Positions 12,655 to 24,825 of a stretch of DNA of 64,000 nucleotides are shown here, one piece after another (the stretch's first letter is position 1; the number at the start of each line of letters is the position of its first letter). Both the position numbers and the translations under genes were made by a program. The DNA is from Prorocentrum cordatum (Eukaryota), in the NCBI GenBank assembly GCA_963575745.1, contig CAUYUJ010000154.1, forward strand, positions 1 to 64,000, in the 5' to 3' direction. The notes below the pieces were generated by a model. It was not told where the DNA came from. It was given only the letters and a program-made list of their open reading frames with translations, and ran no database searches.

Positions 12655-13090
12655 TCCTCCTCCTCCTCCTCCTCCTCCTCCCCGTCCTCCTCCTCCTCCT
12701 CCTCATTCTCCTCCTCCCCGCCCTGCTTCGTCCTGCGGCTCTGCGGCTCGGCCCTCGTTCCTCCTCCACCTCCGCCGCCTCGTTCTCTTCGCCTTCCCCG
12801 CTCCCTCATCCTTCCCTCCTTAACTCCTCCTCCTTCCTCCCCCTCCTCCTCGTCCTCCTCCTCCTCCTCCTCTCTTCCTCCTCCTCCTCCTCCATGTCTC
12901 TCCTCCCCATTCATCTGCCTCCTCCTTCTCCTCCCCGTCCTTCTCCTCCTCCGTCCTCCTCCTCCTCCTCACTTCCCCTCCCGGCTTCCAATATACATTC
13001 TTCCTCCTCCTCCTCCACCACCTCCTCTTCCTCTTCCTTGCTATTTACCACCTCTCCCCATTCTCATCCTGCCTCCACCCTTCCTCCTTC
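12126..13090. repeat. (GGA)n/(CCT)n low-complexity tracts; also 5035-5480, 5806-6066, 9490-9680, 16690-16870, 52690-53030
   Basis: Direct reading. Confidence 0.97.
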
Positions 13091-14139
13091 GGGGCCTGCA
13101 CAACTACACAACATGAATACTATTCCCCTCGTTTCCCCGACCCTGTCTGGAAAGTCCCAGCCCCCCCTCCGCGCACGGCTTGTGACACACAGGATTGGGC
13201 CAAATTGTTGATCCCCGAGTTCAGGTGTCCCGACCCGCCCATTCAGTATACCGCGGCCACCAGATCCCCAGGTCCACCGCGTGTCCCCGACACGCCCGCC
13301 TCGCGCCGACCCGCCCGCTCTGCATGCCGTGGCCGCCAGATCCCCAGCTCCACCGAGGGTCCCCGCGCCTTCGACGAACGCGACAGAACCCGACATAATT
13401 GAACATCACATAACAGAACAGAGCCTAGCACACCATGTCAGGACATCACATAACGCAACACATCATGCCATACAGTGTCAAAAGTGCTGAGCACAGCATG
13501 TTGCAACATAACGGAGCATTCGGAACGGAGTATACCATTGCACATCATACCATACCAACCAATATCATGGCTGGCAAATCGGTCAAATGACTTACGATAC
13601 TAGAACATAGGCCGACACTCCAGATCATAGCGCAGTACAACATAATAATTCATCCCATGGCATAACGAAGCATACACATCATGGCAAACCACCGCAACGC
13701 ATAACATAGCACAGCACATCATACCAGAACATATCATATCACCACATACCATGACTGAGCGTAGCATAATATACGAGGGCGCGCCGCTGGATGACCCCAG
13801 GGGGGGGGGGGGGGCAACCCCCCTCCCCCCTTTCCCTGATCCGTCGTCGGGGAAATCCCCCCCCCTTCCCGCCCTTTTCCCGATCCGTCGTCGGGGATCA
13901 CCCCCCCCCCCCGCTTTCCCAGTCCGTCGTCGGGGAATCCCCCCCCTTCCCCCCCTTTTTCAAAAAGCGGGGAAGGGGGTTCCGAACCCTCCCCCCCCTC
14001 CCCCCTATGGCCGCCAAATTCGAGCCCCCACACCCTTTCGCCACGGCGCCCGGCCTCTGGAACCCGACCCCGACCACCCCTGACACTAATCCTCACCCCT
14101 AGTAACCCAACCCCCAACCCGAATCAAACCCTAGCCCTA

Positions 14140-15617
14140 GAAAGCACTCACTGCTCATTACGCACCACTCACTACCCACAACTCTCTACTCGCAACTCAC
14201 TACACACTTCTCACTACCCACTACTCCCGACTCACAATTTTGTACAGACTCACTACCCACTGCCCACTACTCACTACTCCCTACTCCCTACTCCCTACTC
14301 ACTACTCACTACAAACTACTCACTACTCACTATCCACTACTCAATACTCACTACCCATTAAACACAACTCACAACCCACTACTCACTCACCACAAGGCAC
14401 TACTCACTAACCACTATCCACTAGTCACTACTCACACTTCACTACTCTCTACTCACTGCCCACAACTCACTACTCACTATCCACTACTCGCTACTCCCTA
14501 CTCCTTTCACAGTACTCACTACTCACTCCTCGCTGACCCCCAACGCCCTACTCGGTACCCGATACGCATTATTACATACCCACTATTCACCACTCACTAC
14601 GCTCCTACTATTCACTACCCACTACATCCTACTCCCTACTCACTACTCCCAACGCACTACTCACTACCCACTATCTAGTACTAAATACTGACTACTCACT
14701 AAACACTACTCACTACTCACTAAGCACTACCCACTACCCACTATCCACTACTGGGTTCTCACAGTTCACTACTCACTGCGCACTGCCCACAACTCACTAC
14801 TCACGATCCGCTACTCGCAACCGCATACGACATATTCACTACCCACTTCGCACTACTCGCTACTCACTACTCTCCACTCCCTACCCACGAACCACTAGTC
14901 GCAAGTCGCTACTTCCTACTCACTAATCACAACTCAATCCTCACTACTCAGTACCTACAAATTTCTACCTGCAGCTACCTACTCACTACCCACTTCTCAA
15001 TACCCACGTCTCGCTTCTCACTACCCACTACTCACGACTCCCTACTCACGACTGACTACTCACTACTCGCTACTCACTACTCGCTACTCCCTACCCGCTT
15101 CGCACTACTCTACTCCTACTGACTATTCACTACTGACTCCTGACTACTCCCTCCTCACTACTCACTACTCACAAAACCATACTCGCTACTCACTACTCAC
15201 TATTCGCTACTCCCTACTCGCGACTCCCTACTCGCTACTCGCTACTCGCTACACACTACGTACTACTCACTACTGTTTACTCACTGCGCACTACTCGCTA
15301 CTGACTACTCAATCCTCGCTATTCGCTACTGTCTACTCCCTCATCCCTACTCCCTGTTTACTACTCACTATGCACTGATTTCTACACACTACTCACATTT
15401 CACTACTCACTACTCATAATTCCTTACTCTCTACTATCTTCCCACTACTCACTACCCACTACCCACTACTCACTAACCTCTAGGAACTACTCACTACCAC
15501 CACTACAATACCCACCATTCACTACTCAGTACCCACGACTAACTGCGCACTACTCACTAGAAGATACCCACTACTCACCAATAGCTACTCAAAACACTCT
15601 AATCTCTACTCGCTACC
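14140..15617. repeat. Degenerate (CTACTCA)n heptamer satellite
   Basis: About 1.5 kb of ctactca/ctaccca/ctactcg variants with very few G on the plus strand. Confidence 0.95.
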
Positions 15618-17494
15618 CGGGAGGCCCCCTCCCCAACCTACTGTTCGGCGAAAAGGAGGGGAGGGGGGGTCGAACCCCCCCCACCCTTTTCCAGCGCCAA
15701 GGGGGGGAGGGGGGGAGGTCGGGAACCCCCCACTCCCCCTTCAAGGGGGGGAAGGGGGGGGGTCGGACCCCCCCCCGTTTGGGGGGGGAGGGGGGTCGAA
15801 AATCTCACTTCCCCTTTGAAGGGGGGGAGGGGGGGGGGGTTCTGCGAGCACATCCCCCCTTTCGTGTATTCAGGGCCATCCACTGGCGCGCTTTCATAAT
15901 ATACAGCAACGCCACATCGCAACGTCCACGGGAAGGCCTGTGAGGGCCTCCTTTGGGAGACTCCTGGGGTGGTTTTTGTTTTAGGATATCCCACGCGAAG
16001 GCGCTGGTTTGGAATTCGTCGCTGGATTCGCCGGATATCGCTCGACGGAAACAGAACATGCAGGGGGGGGGGTCGTCGGCGGGTTCATTACCTTGCGCGC
16101 CGGGGGTCAGGATGACGTGATTTCCGCAGAAACTTCCTCAAATGACATCCAGAAAGTCTTGTCACTTCCCCCTCTTCCTTCTCCGTTTTCTCTGCGGGGC
16201 GCCGCGCCCCACCGAATCCCACGTGGCCCCAAGAGGCGCCCAGGAAACCCCCCAGGAGGCACCCAAGAGGCCCGAGAGAGAAAGAGAGAGAGAGAGAGAG
16301 CCCCCTGAGCACCCCCAAGGTCCAAGATGGCCCGAAGAGAGCCCCAAGAGCTTCTCCCGCCCCCTCCCTCCTCCATTTCCTTCTCCTCCGCCTCCTCTTA
16401 CCAGCCTGGAACATATCCCTGTCCCTATGCTGGGCACCTCCTCATCACGATGCCAATCTTAGGGATTCCCCTATTTTCTGAGGGCGAATCCCTAAGATTG
16501 TCATCGCCTTCTGGCGTGTCAATCTTAGGGATAGGGATACGTTCGAGGCTGGTAATCATCCTCGTCCTTTTTGTGAAGCAGGCGACGAGGCGCATGCACC
16601 CGAGGCGTCAGTGAGCGGCGGCCGCGGCCGCCGACGAGCCAAGGCAGCATCGAGACGGAGCCTCCTCAAGCGCGGCGGCGAGAGCGCCTCCTCCCCCCCC
16701 CTCCTCCTCCTCCTCCTCCTCCTCCTCCTCCTCCTCCTCCTCGTCCTCCTCCTCTTCCTCCTCATCCTCCTCCTCCTCCTGCGGCGCCTCCTCCTCCGGC
16801 GCACCCTCGCACCCTCCTTCTTTTCCTACTCCTCCTCCCCCTCCTCCTCCTCCTCCTCCTCCTCCTCCTCCGGCGCATCCTCCTCCCCGTCCGCCCCAGG
16901 TCCTCCATCCCCCCCTCCTCCGCCTCCGCCTTCAACACTTCCTTCCGCATCAAAAGGGTTAGGGGGGGGGGGGGGGCTTTCCGGGGAGGAGAGCCAAGGG
17001 GGGCCGAAGCCGTAAGGGAGGGATGGAGGCGCCCGGGGGGGCGAGGATCCTCCTCCTCCTCCTCCTCCTCCTTCGCGGTATCCTCGCCCTCGGCCTCGGT
17101 CTCGAGATCGCGTGGAGGGGCGGAGGCAATAGAGGAACAGACGGTTGGAGGGCTCGGACGAGAGAGAAGGGCAATCAGTCGGACCCAGGCCAGAAGAGCA
17201 TCCCTCAAGTACATGAGAACCTCCGCTGTCCAAAACACCCTGGACCCTGGGATCGTTCGAGGGTACACCCCCCCAGGACGCACAAGACGATCCAACAAGC
17301 ACGAAAAACGTTCGGGCACCCTCCCCGAACTGACCTCGACCTCATACGTCGGCCCGACTGTAGATGATCAGATGGACGGCGCCGCGAAAGGCCGTGCGGT
17401 GGACGCGTCAAATGCGGCCTGGGGGGAACGCGCCCCGACAAACCCATCACGCTCGAGGGGGCCCTGGACTCCCCGCTTGCTTTGATTCTGGCTA

Positions 17495-17659
17495 CACCCT
17501 GCGAAATGCTTAAGAAATCATGGGTTAAGAAATTCATAGTCTCAGGATTTGAATAAAAACCCCACATTTCCATTAAAATCTTAGGAGTTACATTGAAACA
17601 TGAAGAATAATCAAGACTCTGGCCGAAAACTTAAGTTTTCTTCAGCATCGCCTAAGGCG
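17495..17659. mobile_element. TA-flanked MITE family H (165 bp, AT-rich), copy 1
   Basis: TA|caccctgcgaaatgcttaagaaa...ttttcttcagcatcgcctaaggcg|TA. Confidence 0.92.
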
Positions 17660-19110
17660 TATGTCGAGGCCGCCTTGTCTGGTGCTGGAGCGGCCCGGCC
17701 ACCCGACGAACGCTCTGGACGGATGCCTCCACAGGCTGCATATCTTGCTTGACAGGAAGTTGCCACTCCCAGCCGAGCCACACGAGACGCACAAATTCAG
17801 CATATCGCATCGTTTGGTTTTAGAGACACCTACGTAACGGCGAAATCCACCAGGAACTTCCAGCCCATCCGGAGGCAACCAAATACAACTGTTGCGTCCT
17901 CCTCTGAACCCATCCCTCCCAATTGAACCAGCCGTGTGGTGCGCAAGCAGGCAACGTGAATTGGACACCGAACCAATCACCTCAACAACAATGTCATCAA
18001 CCACGGCGACGAGACCTTGACCCGGGTCAGATAAGTGATTCTGCAGGTCAGGTGACGTGACACGGCAAACTATGTGAATGCCAATCGGGAGAGTCGCACA
18101 ACTTTTCAACTGACGGCACTGCATAACTGAGTAGGAAATGAACGGCGAAGGACGCGGGACGAGAGTCGATGGAGGGAATTAGAACTGACAGAACGAGCAA
18201 ACATTGAAGCAGGAACACGAGAAAGAGGGTGCGGAGGCAGACGAAGATCACGTGGTAAACGAGCAAGAAGAGGACGACGGCAACGCCGGGGAGGAGGAGG
18301 AGGAGGGGGAGGAAGAGGTCAACAGGTCAGAAGGGGATACCGTGTCTGGGCATCTCCTCGCGTCGGCAGCGCCAACTTGCCCTTTCAGAGGGCCGATCTG
18401 ACCCTTCTGGGTGGGAATGACCCGAAGTCCGACGACGGCTCTGGCGCGCTGAGGCCCCCCTGGGGAGCGGCGCGTGGCGATCTCACAGCACGCCGCGCGC
18501 GCGTGTTCCGAGCGCCTCAGCCTAACTATGCGGGCGGACGGAACTGGCCATCGAGAACCGACCCCGGTCTGGAAAACGAGCGGGGGCCTGCCCCGAGACT
18601 CAGGGGGTACGGCCAACCCCGCGGCGGCGGCAGGAGCGGCGGCCAGAGAGGCGGAGAGGGTTGGGTGCTCGTCCTGGGGTCCGTCCCAGGGCCCCTCGCT
18701 CCACTCGTGCGTCCATGCTGCGGCGAACGTCCTTCGACTTGAGTCGAGTTGAAGTCGAGCTGGAGTCGAACATATCCGTTGGCTGGGCCCCAGCAAGCTC
18801 TCCGAAGCAGACATCCGGAGAGGGAGAGAGATATGGGGGAAAAAAAGCGCCGCAGCAGCATGGAGGCCCTCGCACACTTAAAGGTGCGCAGGGCACGGAG
18901 CCGGAAAAATCTACAGCTAAAAAGTTACAACGCGGCTGCACTACTGCAGGCTCGTATAGTGACGACCCTGGTGTCGGTTTCTGACGCTAAGTCAACCGCC
19001 CAAACATGGACGATCGGCGGCTTCTCGGTCGCGATACTGGGCACTACTCAATATATATATATATATATATACAATCCGAGACGAACTCTCTCTCTCTCTC
19101 TCACACACAC

Positions 19111-19145
<35 letters not shown>

Positions 19146-19435
19146 CATATGGGATCAATCCGAGACGAACCGACACTTCCGCGACTTAGTACACTCCAGC
19201 GACACGACCCGAGCCCACCATACAACACCGCGGGCGGCAGCCTCGCCGTACGAGGCCCAGGCTCGGCCAGGGCGCAGCCTCAGCACCGCCTGGCGCCTTC
19301 AGAGCGGAGGTGCGCGAGCTCCAGCGAGGCGCGCGCGAGGCGGGGGCACAGCACCCGCGCAGCCGCGGCGCCTGTGGCGCCACGGGAGCGGAGGTGCGCG
19401 AGCTCCGGCGAGGCGCGCGGCCTACGCCCCTGCCC

Positions 19436-20119
19436 TCAGGCCGCCCCTGGCTCCCCGCACAACATCGCTGCGACGGCCCGGTGGGCCTGGCTGGCGGCCA
19501 GCGACAGCGCCGTCTCTCCGAACACGTTGGCCTTGGCCGCGTCCGCGCCCGCGAGCAGGAGGAGCTCCACCACCGCGCCGTGGCCGAAGCGGGCCGCGGC
19601 CATCAGCGGGGTGTACTTGGCGCCCTGGCAGTTCGCATCCGCCCTGCCGCGGAGTAGCACCGCGACGGCCGCCCGCCGCCCGTGCCAGGCGGCGCGGAAC
19701 AGCGCGGTCCAGCCGCCCGAGTCGACCGCTTCCGTCCGGGCGCCCTCCGCCAGCAGCAGCGAGCAGAGGGGCGCGCAGCCGTGCCCCGCCGCCCACATCA
19801 GCGCCGTCTGGCCGTGCGTGTTGGCCTCGTGGAGCCCCGGCCCGGAGCACGCCGCCAGCACCGCGAGGGCGAGCTCGCCGTCGCACGCCGCCGCCACGCG
19901 CACGCGCTCGCACAGCGGCGCCGCCGCGCCGTCGGGCGCCCGCTGCGCGGGCGGCGCCGCCCAGCAGGACCGCGCCGCGCGCTGCAGCATGCGGTGGCTC
20001 ACCAGCCCGCGGAGCTGCCGCGACACGCAGCGGAGCTCCATCGACGCCACAGGGCCCAGGCAACCCACCACCTCGCCGCTGAGCTCCGGGGGGCACGGCG
20101 CGTCCCGCGGGCGGAGCAT
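19436..20119 (-). CDS. Intronless ankyrin-repeat protein (~227 aa, 4 ANK repeats) with possible N-terminal F-box-like motif; probable retrogene
   Basis: The translation has four ankyrin motifs: GQTALMWAAGHG, GWTALFRAAWHG, YTPLMAAARFGHGAVVELLL and GETALSLAASQ. The segment CPPELSGEVVGCLGPVASMELRCVSRQLRGLV resembles the F-box consensus. The track start at 20224 is a GTG inside the SL relic, and the first in-frame ATG is at 20119. Confidence 0.88.
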   Translation of the reverse strand: MLRPRDAPCPPELSGEVVGCLGPVASMELRCVSRQLRGLVSHRMLQRAARSCWAAPPAQRAPDGAAAPLCERVRVAAACDGELALAVLAACSGPGLHEANTHGQTALMWAAGHGCAPLCSLLLAEGARTEAVDSGGWTALFRAAWHGRRAAVAVLLRGRADANCQGAKYTPLMAAARFGHGAVVELLLLAGADAAKANVFGETALSLAASQAHRAVAAMLCGEPGAA

Positions 20120-20214
20120 GTGCGGTGGCGCGCGGGAGGCCGGGCCTGCGAGGCCGCCCGCCGCCCTGGGCAAGCAGAGGTGGCCCGCGCGCTGCCCGCG
20201 GCCGTCGATGCCGG

Positions 20215-20236
20215 CCTGTGCCACAATGGCTACGGA
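20215..20236 (-). other. Relic dinoflagellate spliced leader (DinoSL)
   Basis: The minus strand reads TCCGTAGCCATTGTGGCACAGG versus DinoSL DCCGTAGCCATTTTGGCTCAAG (19/22 identical). It lies about 95 nt upstream of the ankyrin ATG on the same strand. Confidence 0.88.
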
Positions 20237-21769
20237 CTTCCTTCCTGCCCTGCTCCCCTAGGATCGCCGCGGGGGGTGGTACGAGGAAAGAGGTTCAGGA
20301 GTGGGTGCTGAGGTGTGAGGTACCTGGCCGTTAACCCAGCTCAGAAGCTGGTCGCACATGCCCCAAGTTGCTTGAGGGCGCACGGATCTGGGCCACTTGG
20401 GCGGAGCCCGCTCAGCGGAATTACCTGATCAGCCTGAGCCACTCAGGGCACTGCCAACCCACTTATAAGCTAGGCTAGGCCAAACTTGATGACAACTCAT
20501 AGGAGCCTTCCGTGCCATCTTGCTGGCTCTTGCTAGCCGACGCTAGGTGATGCGAATCAACGCAAATAGATGTCATCGACGCTACATCGGCGCCTTCTCA
20601 CCGATTACCAAACGCTAGCACACGCGAGTGCACTTTGAGATCTAAATTGCGCAGACAAACACGACGAGGCCAAGATGAGGCAAATTCGGGTGGGGGAAAC
20701 TCGAGAATCTCTAGATCTGGCGGTTCTGGAGGATGTATCGGGCTCAGCGGGCTTCTCAGAGCGTTCCAGAAGGCTCTGGGAGCGTTCCGGAACGCTCTGG
20801 AGCAGAGTTACGCATCCTCGTCCCAGCCCCGTCACAAGCAATGCTCCCATGACTTGCGGCGGAAAAGCACACCCTGCGCATGGATCCGCGCCGTCGAGGC
20901 CACGATCCGCGCCTCCCGAGGGCTCACCCCAGTAAAACATGTGGCCCCGCTCGTGGGTACGAAAAACGGCCCGCGCACTCCAAACCGCAGTTTCTCGTGC
21001 GGAGACAGCGGGTCCGCGCATTCGAACGCACGAGCCGTCGAAGAGATGCATGCTTCCGCCTATGATCCGAGGCCAACCACTATGGAGCAGCGCCTTCGAA
21101 GGCGCAGTCCCTCGTAAAAGCGATCGGTCCGCCCCCCGAAGGTGTCACATTCCTGATGCCAGAAACAGCTGGCATGCCCCCTCGAGGCCACGATCCCTCA
21201 TGCAACAAAAAACGGCCCGCGCTCTCGGGGCCACGGCACCTCGGAAACGTAACGGCTCCGCGCCACCAAGGCCACGACCTCTCGCAACAACAATCGGCGG
21301 CGCGCCAGCAGGGGGGGAAAGTGAAAAGGAGCAGGCCTTATCAGAAGCCCTCGCGCCTACTGAGAAGCTTTCTGCGTCTACGAGCAAGGCCCAGGAAACG
21401 TCTCAGAAGGCTGGGGGCCTTCCGAACCTCCTCATTAGGCCCGCCCCGTCGCACTTCCCCCCGGGCGCGCCGCCGACATCACTATGGATCCGCGGTCCCG
21501 AGAGCACGATCCCTCATTTTGGGGAAGCCAACCGGTACCGATCACTACCGCTACTCTCCAGACCTCTCCTGGGGTGCGTTCTAACAAGAATTTCGAAGCG
21601 AATCCAACGGTGGCGACAAGGGCTTCCCAGGAGACCCCAAAAAGAGGGAAACGGGCGATGGGTAGAGGTATAGGTCAGAATGGGGGGGCCGTCATTTTCC
21701 CTGGGTGCGTGGCTGAAGTGGGGGTCCACGGCGGAGATTTTGCTTGTTGTTTCCAGGCGTCGTCCCTAC

Positions 21770-22615
21770 CGAGACCCGCCCGCGATCTACCCGCGACCCA
21801 CCCGCGACCCACCCGGGACCGACCCCGCGACCCACCCGCGTCCCACCCGCGACCCACCCCGCGACCCACCCGCGACCCACCCACCACCCACCCGCGACCC
21901 ACCCGCGACCCACCCCGCGACCCACCCGCCTGCGACCCACCCGCGAGCCACCCACGACCCACCCACGTCCCACCATCAACCCACCCGCGACCCATCCCGC
22001 GACCCACCCACCCCGCGACCCAACGGCAACCCACCTTCCCCGCGACCCATCCGCGACCCACCCCGCGACCCACCCGCGAGCCACCCCACGACTCACACCA
22101 TTTTGGTTGTATAACAACCCAAACAGAATCGGCGCCTGCGCTGGCCTTCGTTGCATTGTCTAGGGGAGTTCCACCACCGCGCAACCCGCCCGCCGACCCA
22201 ACCGCGACCCACCCCGCGCCCGCGCCCACCCCGCGACCCACCCCGCGACCCAACCCCGGGACCCACCCGCGACCCACCCTGCGACTCACACCATGTTGAT
22301 TGCATAACGACCAAAGAAGAATCGGCGCCTGCGCCGGGCTTCGTTGCATACGGCACTGCCGCCACCGCGCGACCCACCCGCCGACCCACTCGCGACCCAC
22401 CCCGCGACCCATCCGCAACCCACCCGCGACCCACCCTGCGACTCAACCGCGACACACACCACGTCAGAGTGAGGGGCCGAACGGTCTTACATTGTCCCTG
22501 AGTGCGTGGCTGAAGTGAGAATCCGCGGGAAGATTATGCTCGTTGTTGCTGTTGTCGTCGTTCTGCCCGCGACCTACCCCGCGACCCACGCACGGCCCAC
22601 CCGCGAGTGGTCTTG
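21770..22615. repeat. (CCCGCGACCCA)n 11-bp minisatellite blocks with repeated ~70-bp interruptions
   Basis: Arrays at 21770-22090, 22175-22283 and 22345-22450 are separated by related actcacaccat...gaatcggcgcctgcg...ttcgttgcat segments. Confidence 0.92.
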
Positions 22616-23343
22616 CTTGTATCATCAACATGCGCCTGCAGCGGGCTCGCTACGTATGTTACAAACAAATCGGCGCCTGCGGCGACCCTCTTTAAAATTT
22701 CGTTCGAACCTCGTGAACCGCCAGCGACCCCCACCCCCTCACTCTTATCCGCAATTTCGGGGCCTCCCATACCTTTTCCTCCTCTGACATTCAAACACAT
22801 GTGAACATATCCGATGATCCCCAGAACGTGTGTTAACGCTAACGTGTGTTTGTCCCCCGAAGCCTTTCGGTAAATTGCACGCTGTGTAAAAACACATCTG
22901 CGCGCGTCACAGAGCGTCTCGGCACGCTGGTGAATCGCAAGTGCCGCGCGCGAAGGTAAAATCGGAGTGTGCGTCTGACTCAGATTAGATGGGCCGGAGA
23001 ACCACGTGTCCCTCGTGCGTCGCGGGAGCCACACTCTGCCACCAACCGCGCGAATAACTGACGGAACTGACGGAACCGACGGAACGCTTACGTCACTAAC
23101 GCAAAAACTCCGTGACTAGCGGAAACGTCACGTCCGTCACAGAACATTGCGTCGGTTTTCCGAAAGGCCGCACACACGATACTTTTTTTCGTCGACAACA
23201 ACCCTTACCGACGTGCACCCGCTGTCGGCGGAGAGGAGCGAGGGGAGGGACCGGGGAGGAAGAGGCAATGGATTAAGGAGGTGGCGGGAATAAGAGGACA
23301 AGGACGGGGTACGGAGATGAGGGTCAATGTTTGAGGAAGGGTA

Positions 23344-23508
23344 CACCCTGCGAAGTGCTTAAGAAATCATGGGTTAAGAAATTCATAGTCTCAGAAGTTG
23401 AATAAAAGCCGAACATTTCTATTAACATCGAAAGATTTACATCGAAACGTTAAGAATAATCGAGACTCTGGCCGAAAACTTAAGTTTTCTTAAGCATCGC
23501 CTAAGGTG
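23344..23508. mobile_element. MITE family H copy 2, flanked by a 53-bp direct duplication
   Basis: Same 165-bp element. The flanks 23291-23343 and 23509-23561 are identical. Confidence 0.93.
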
Positions 23509-24284
23509 TAAGAGGACAAGGACGGGGTACGGAGATGAGGGTCAATGTTTGAGGAAGGGTACGAGGCGAGCCGCACCGAAAAGACGACTCCTGCGGGGCC
23601 CCGGCGAGGCCCCGCAACACGTGCTTCTGCGCACTGATGACCGTCAAGAGCTGCGAGTTATCGCGGATGCCATGACAATGGACACCCTAACAATCCTACC
23701 GCTGAGCGAAAGATGCGCTTGACACGTGTAAAACATGTTCCAAGCATGTTTCAAACACACTGCTACAGATGTACTTCATGCCTGACACATGTTTTGGACA
23801 TCTGGAAACTATCTGGCAACATGCTTCCTCTCCATTGATCGTCCCCCACAAGGCAAGGCTCACACGTTCGGAGGATCGTCGACAGATGCTGCCGGCGGGC
23901 CACGAGCGCTCGGCGAGGCCCGTGGTCGACCCAGGGGCCCACGGCCCCTCGCCCGCGAAAACCAACGAGCCCGCGCCTCCGAAGCGAGCCCCGCTGCAGA
24001 CACCCACAACTGGCCCTCGCTCGGACGCCCCCAGTGCAAAAACCGGGTGGTGCCCGCGCCACCCCACCCCCGTCCTCGTGCAGAAACAACGGGCGTGCGC
24101 CTTCGAGACGCACGCAGGACGGCAGAAGAACCCCTCCCCCCCTCCAAACAAGGCACCCCGACAGGCGAAGCCCCGTCGCAAACGCGCCTCAGGAAAAGGA
24201 TCGAACAGCACAGGGCTGTTTTTTTGCAAACGCCAGTCATTGGGGTCGGGGTGGAATTGCCGACCTTGATGACGATCCCCCGTG

Positions 24285-24680
24285 AAAATTGGCCCGCACT
24301 CTCGAGGTCACGACGTCGTGCGCAGATTAAGGATGTGGGCTCCAAATTTATGATCCCCGATGCAACATCCCGAGACCAGGAAACATCGCAGAAAACTGTC
24401 AGTGCGCGCTCCGGGCCACGACCCTTCGGGAAGGACAGTGAATCCGCGCCTTCGAGGCCGCGATTCCTGGCTGATTCAATTAATGGCCCGCGATTTCAAG
24501 GACACGATCCTTGACAACAAGAAAGAGGTCCGCGCGATCGAGGTCACACTCCCCGCCAACAAAACGATCATCCGTGTTCTCGAGACACCGGTCCCCCGTA
24601 GCAGAGACACATTTCCGCGCGTTCGAGGCCAAGCCCCTTCGTGGGCAACAGACCATGAACCGCGCCGAGGCCACGATCCC
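24285..24680. repeat. Degenerate ~43-bp minisatellite; related array 20865-21290
   Basis: The core ccgcgcc(t)tcgaggccacgatcc recurs in both regions. Confidence 0.75.
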
Positions 24681-24825
24681 TGGTTCCAGGTCGGGCGTCT
24701 CCTCCTACAGGCAGAGTTTGGAAGGAAGCGAGGATAGTCCGATAAGATTCCAACATTGTCAGAAATACCAAACAAATCGTTCCCAGGCTATTGTTTGGAC
24801 TGTTTTTGAACACTCTGGTGAATTT

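Noticed and set aside
17662..18124. Non-repetitive lower-GC segments (also about 8.2-8.7, 9.8-10.1, 39.05-39.2, 50.9-51.2 and 57.3-57.6 kb) as exons or LINE remnants
   Set aside because: I could not recognise any motif. They are left unannotated pending BLASTx or RNA-seq.
20120..20224. N-terminal extension of the ankyrin ORF from the track start at 20224
   Set aside because: That start is a GTG inside the SL relic. A eukaryotic start is more likely the ATG at 20119.
19006..20311. Overlapping plus-strand and alternate-frame ORFs over the ankyrin gene
   Set aside because: They are shadow ORFs caused by high GC content. Only the ankyrin frame has recognisable motifs.
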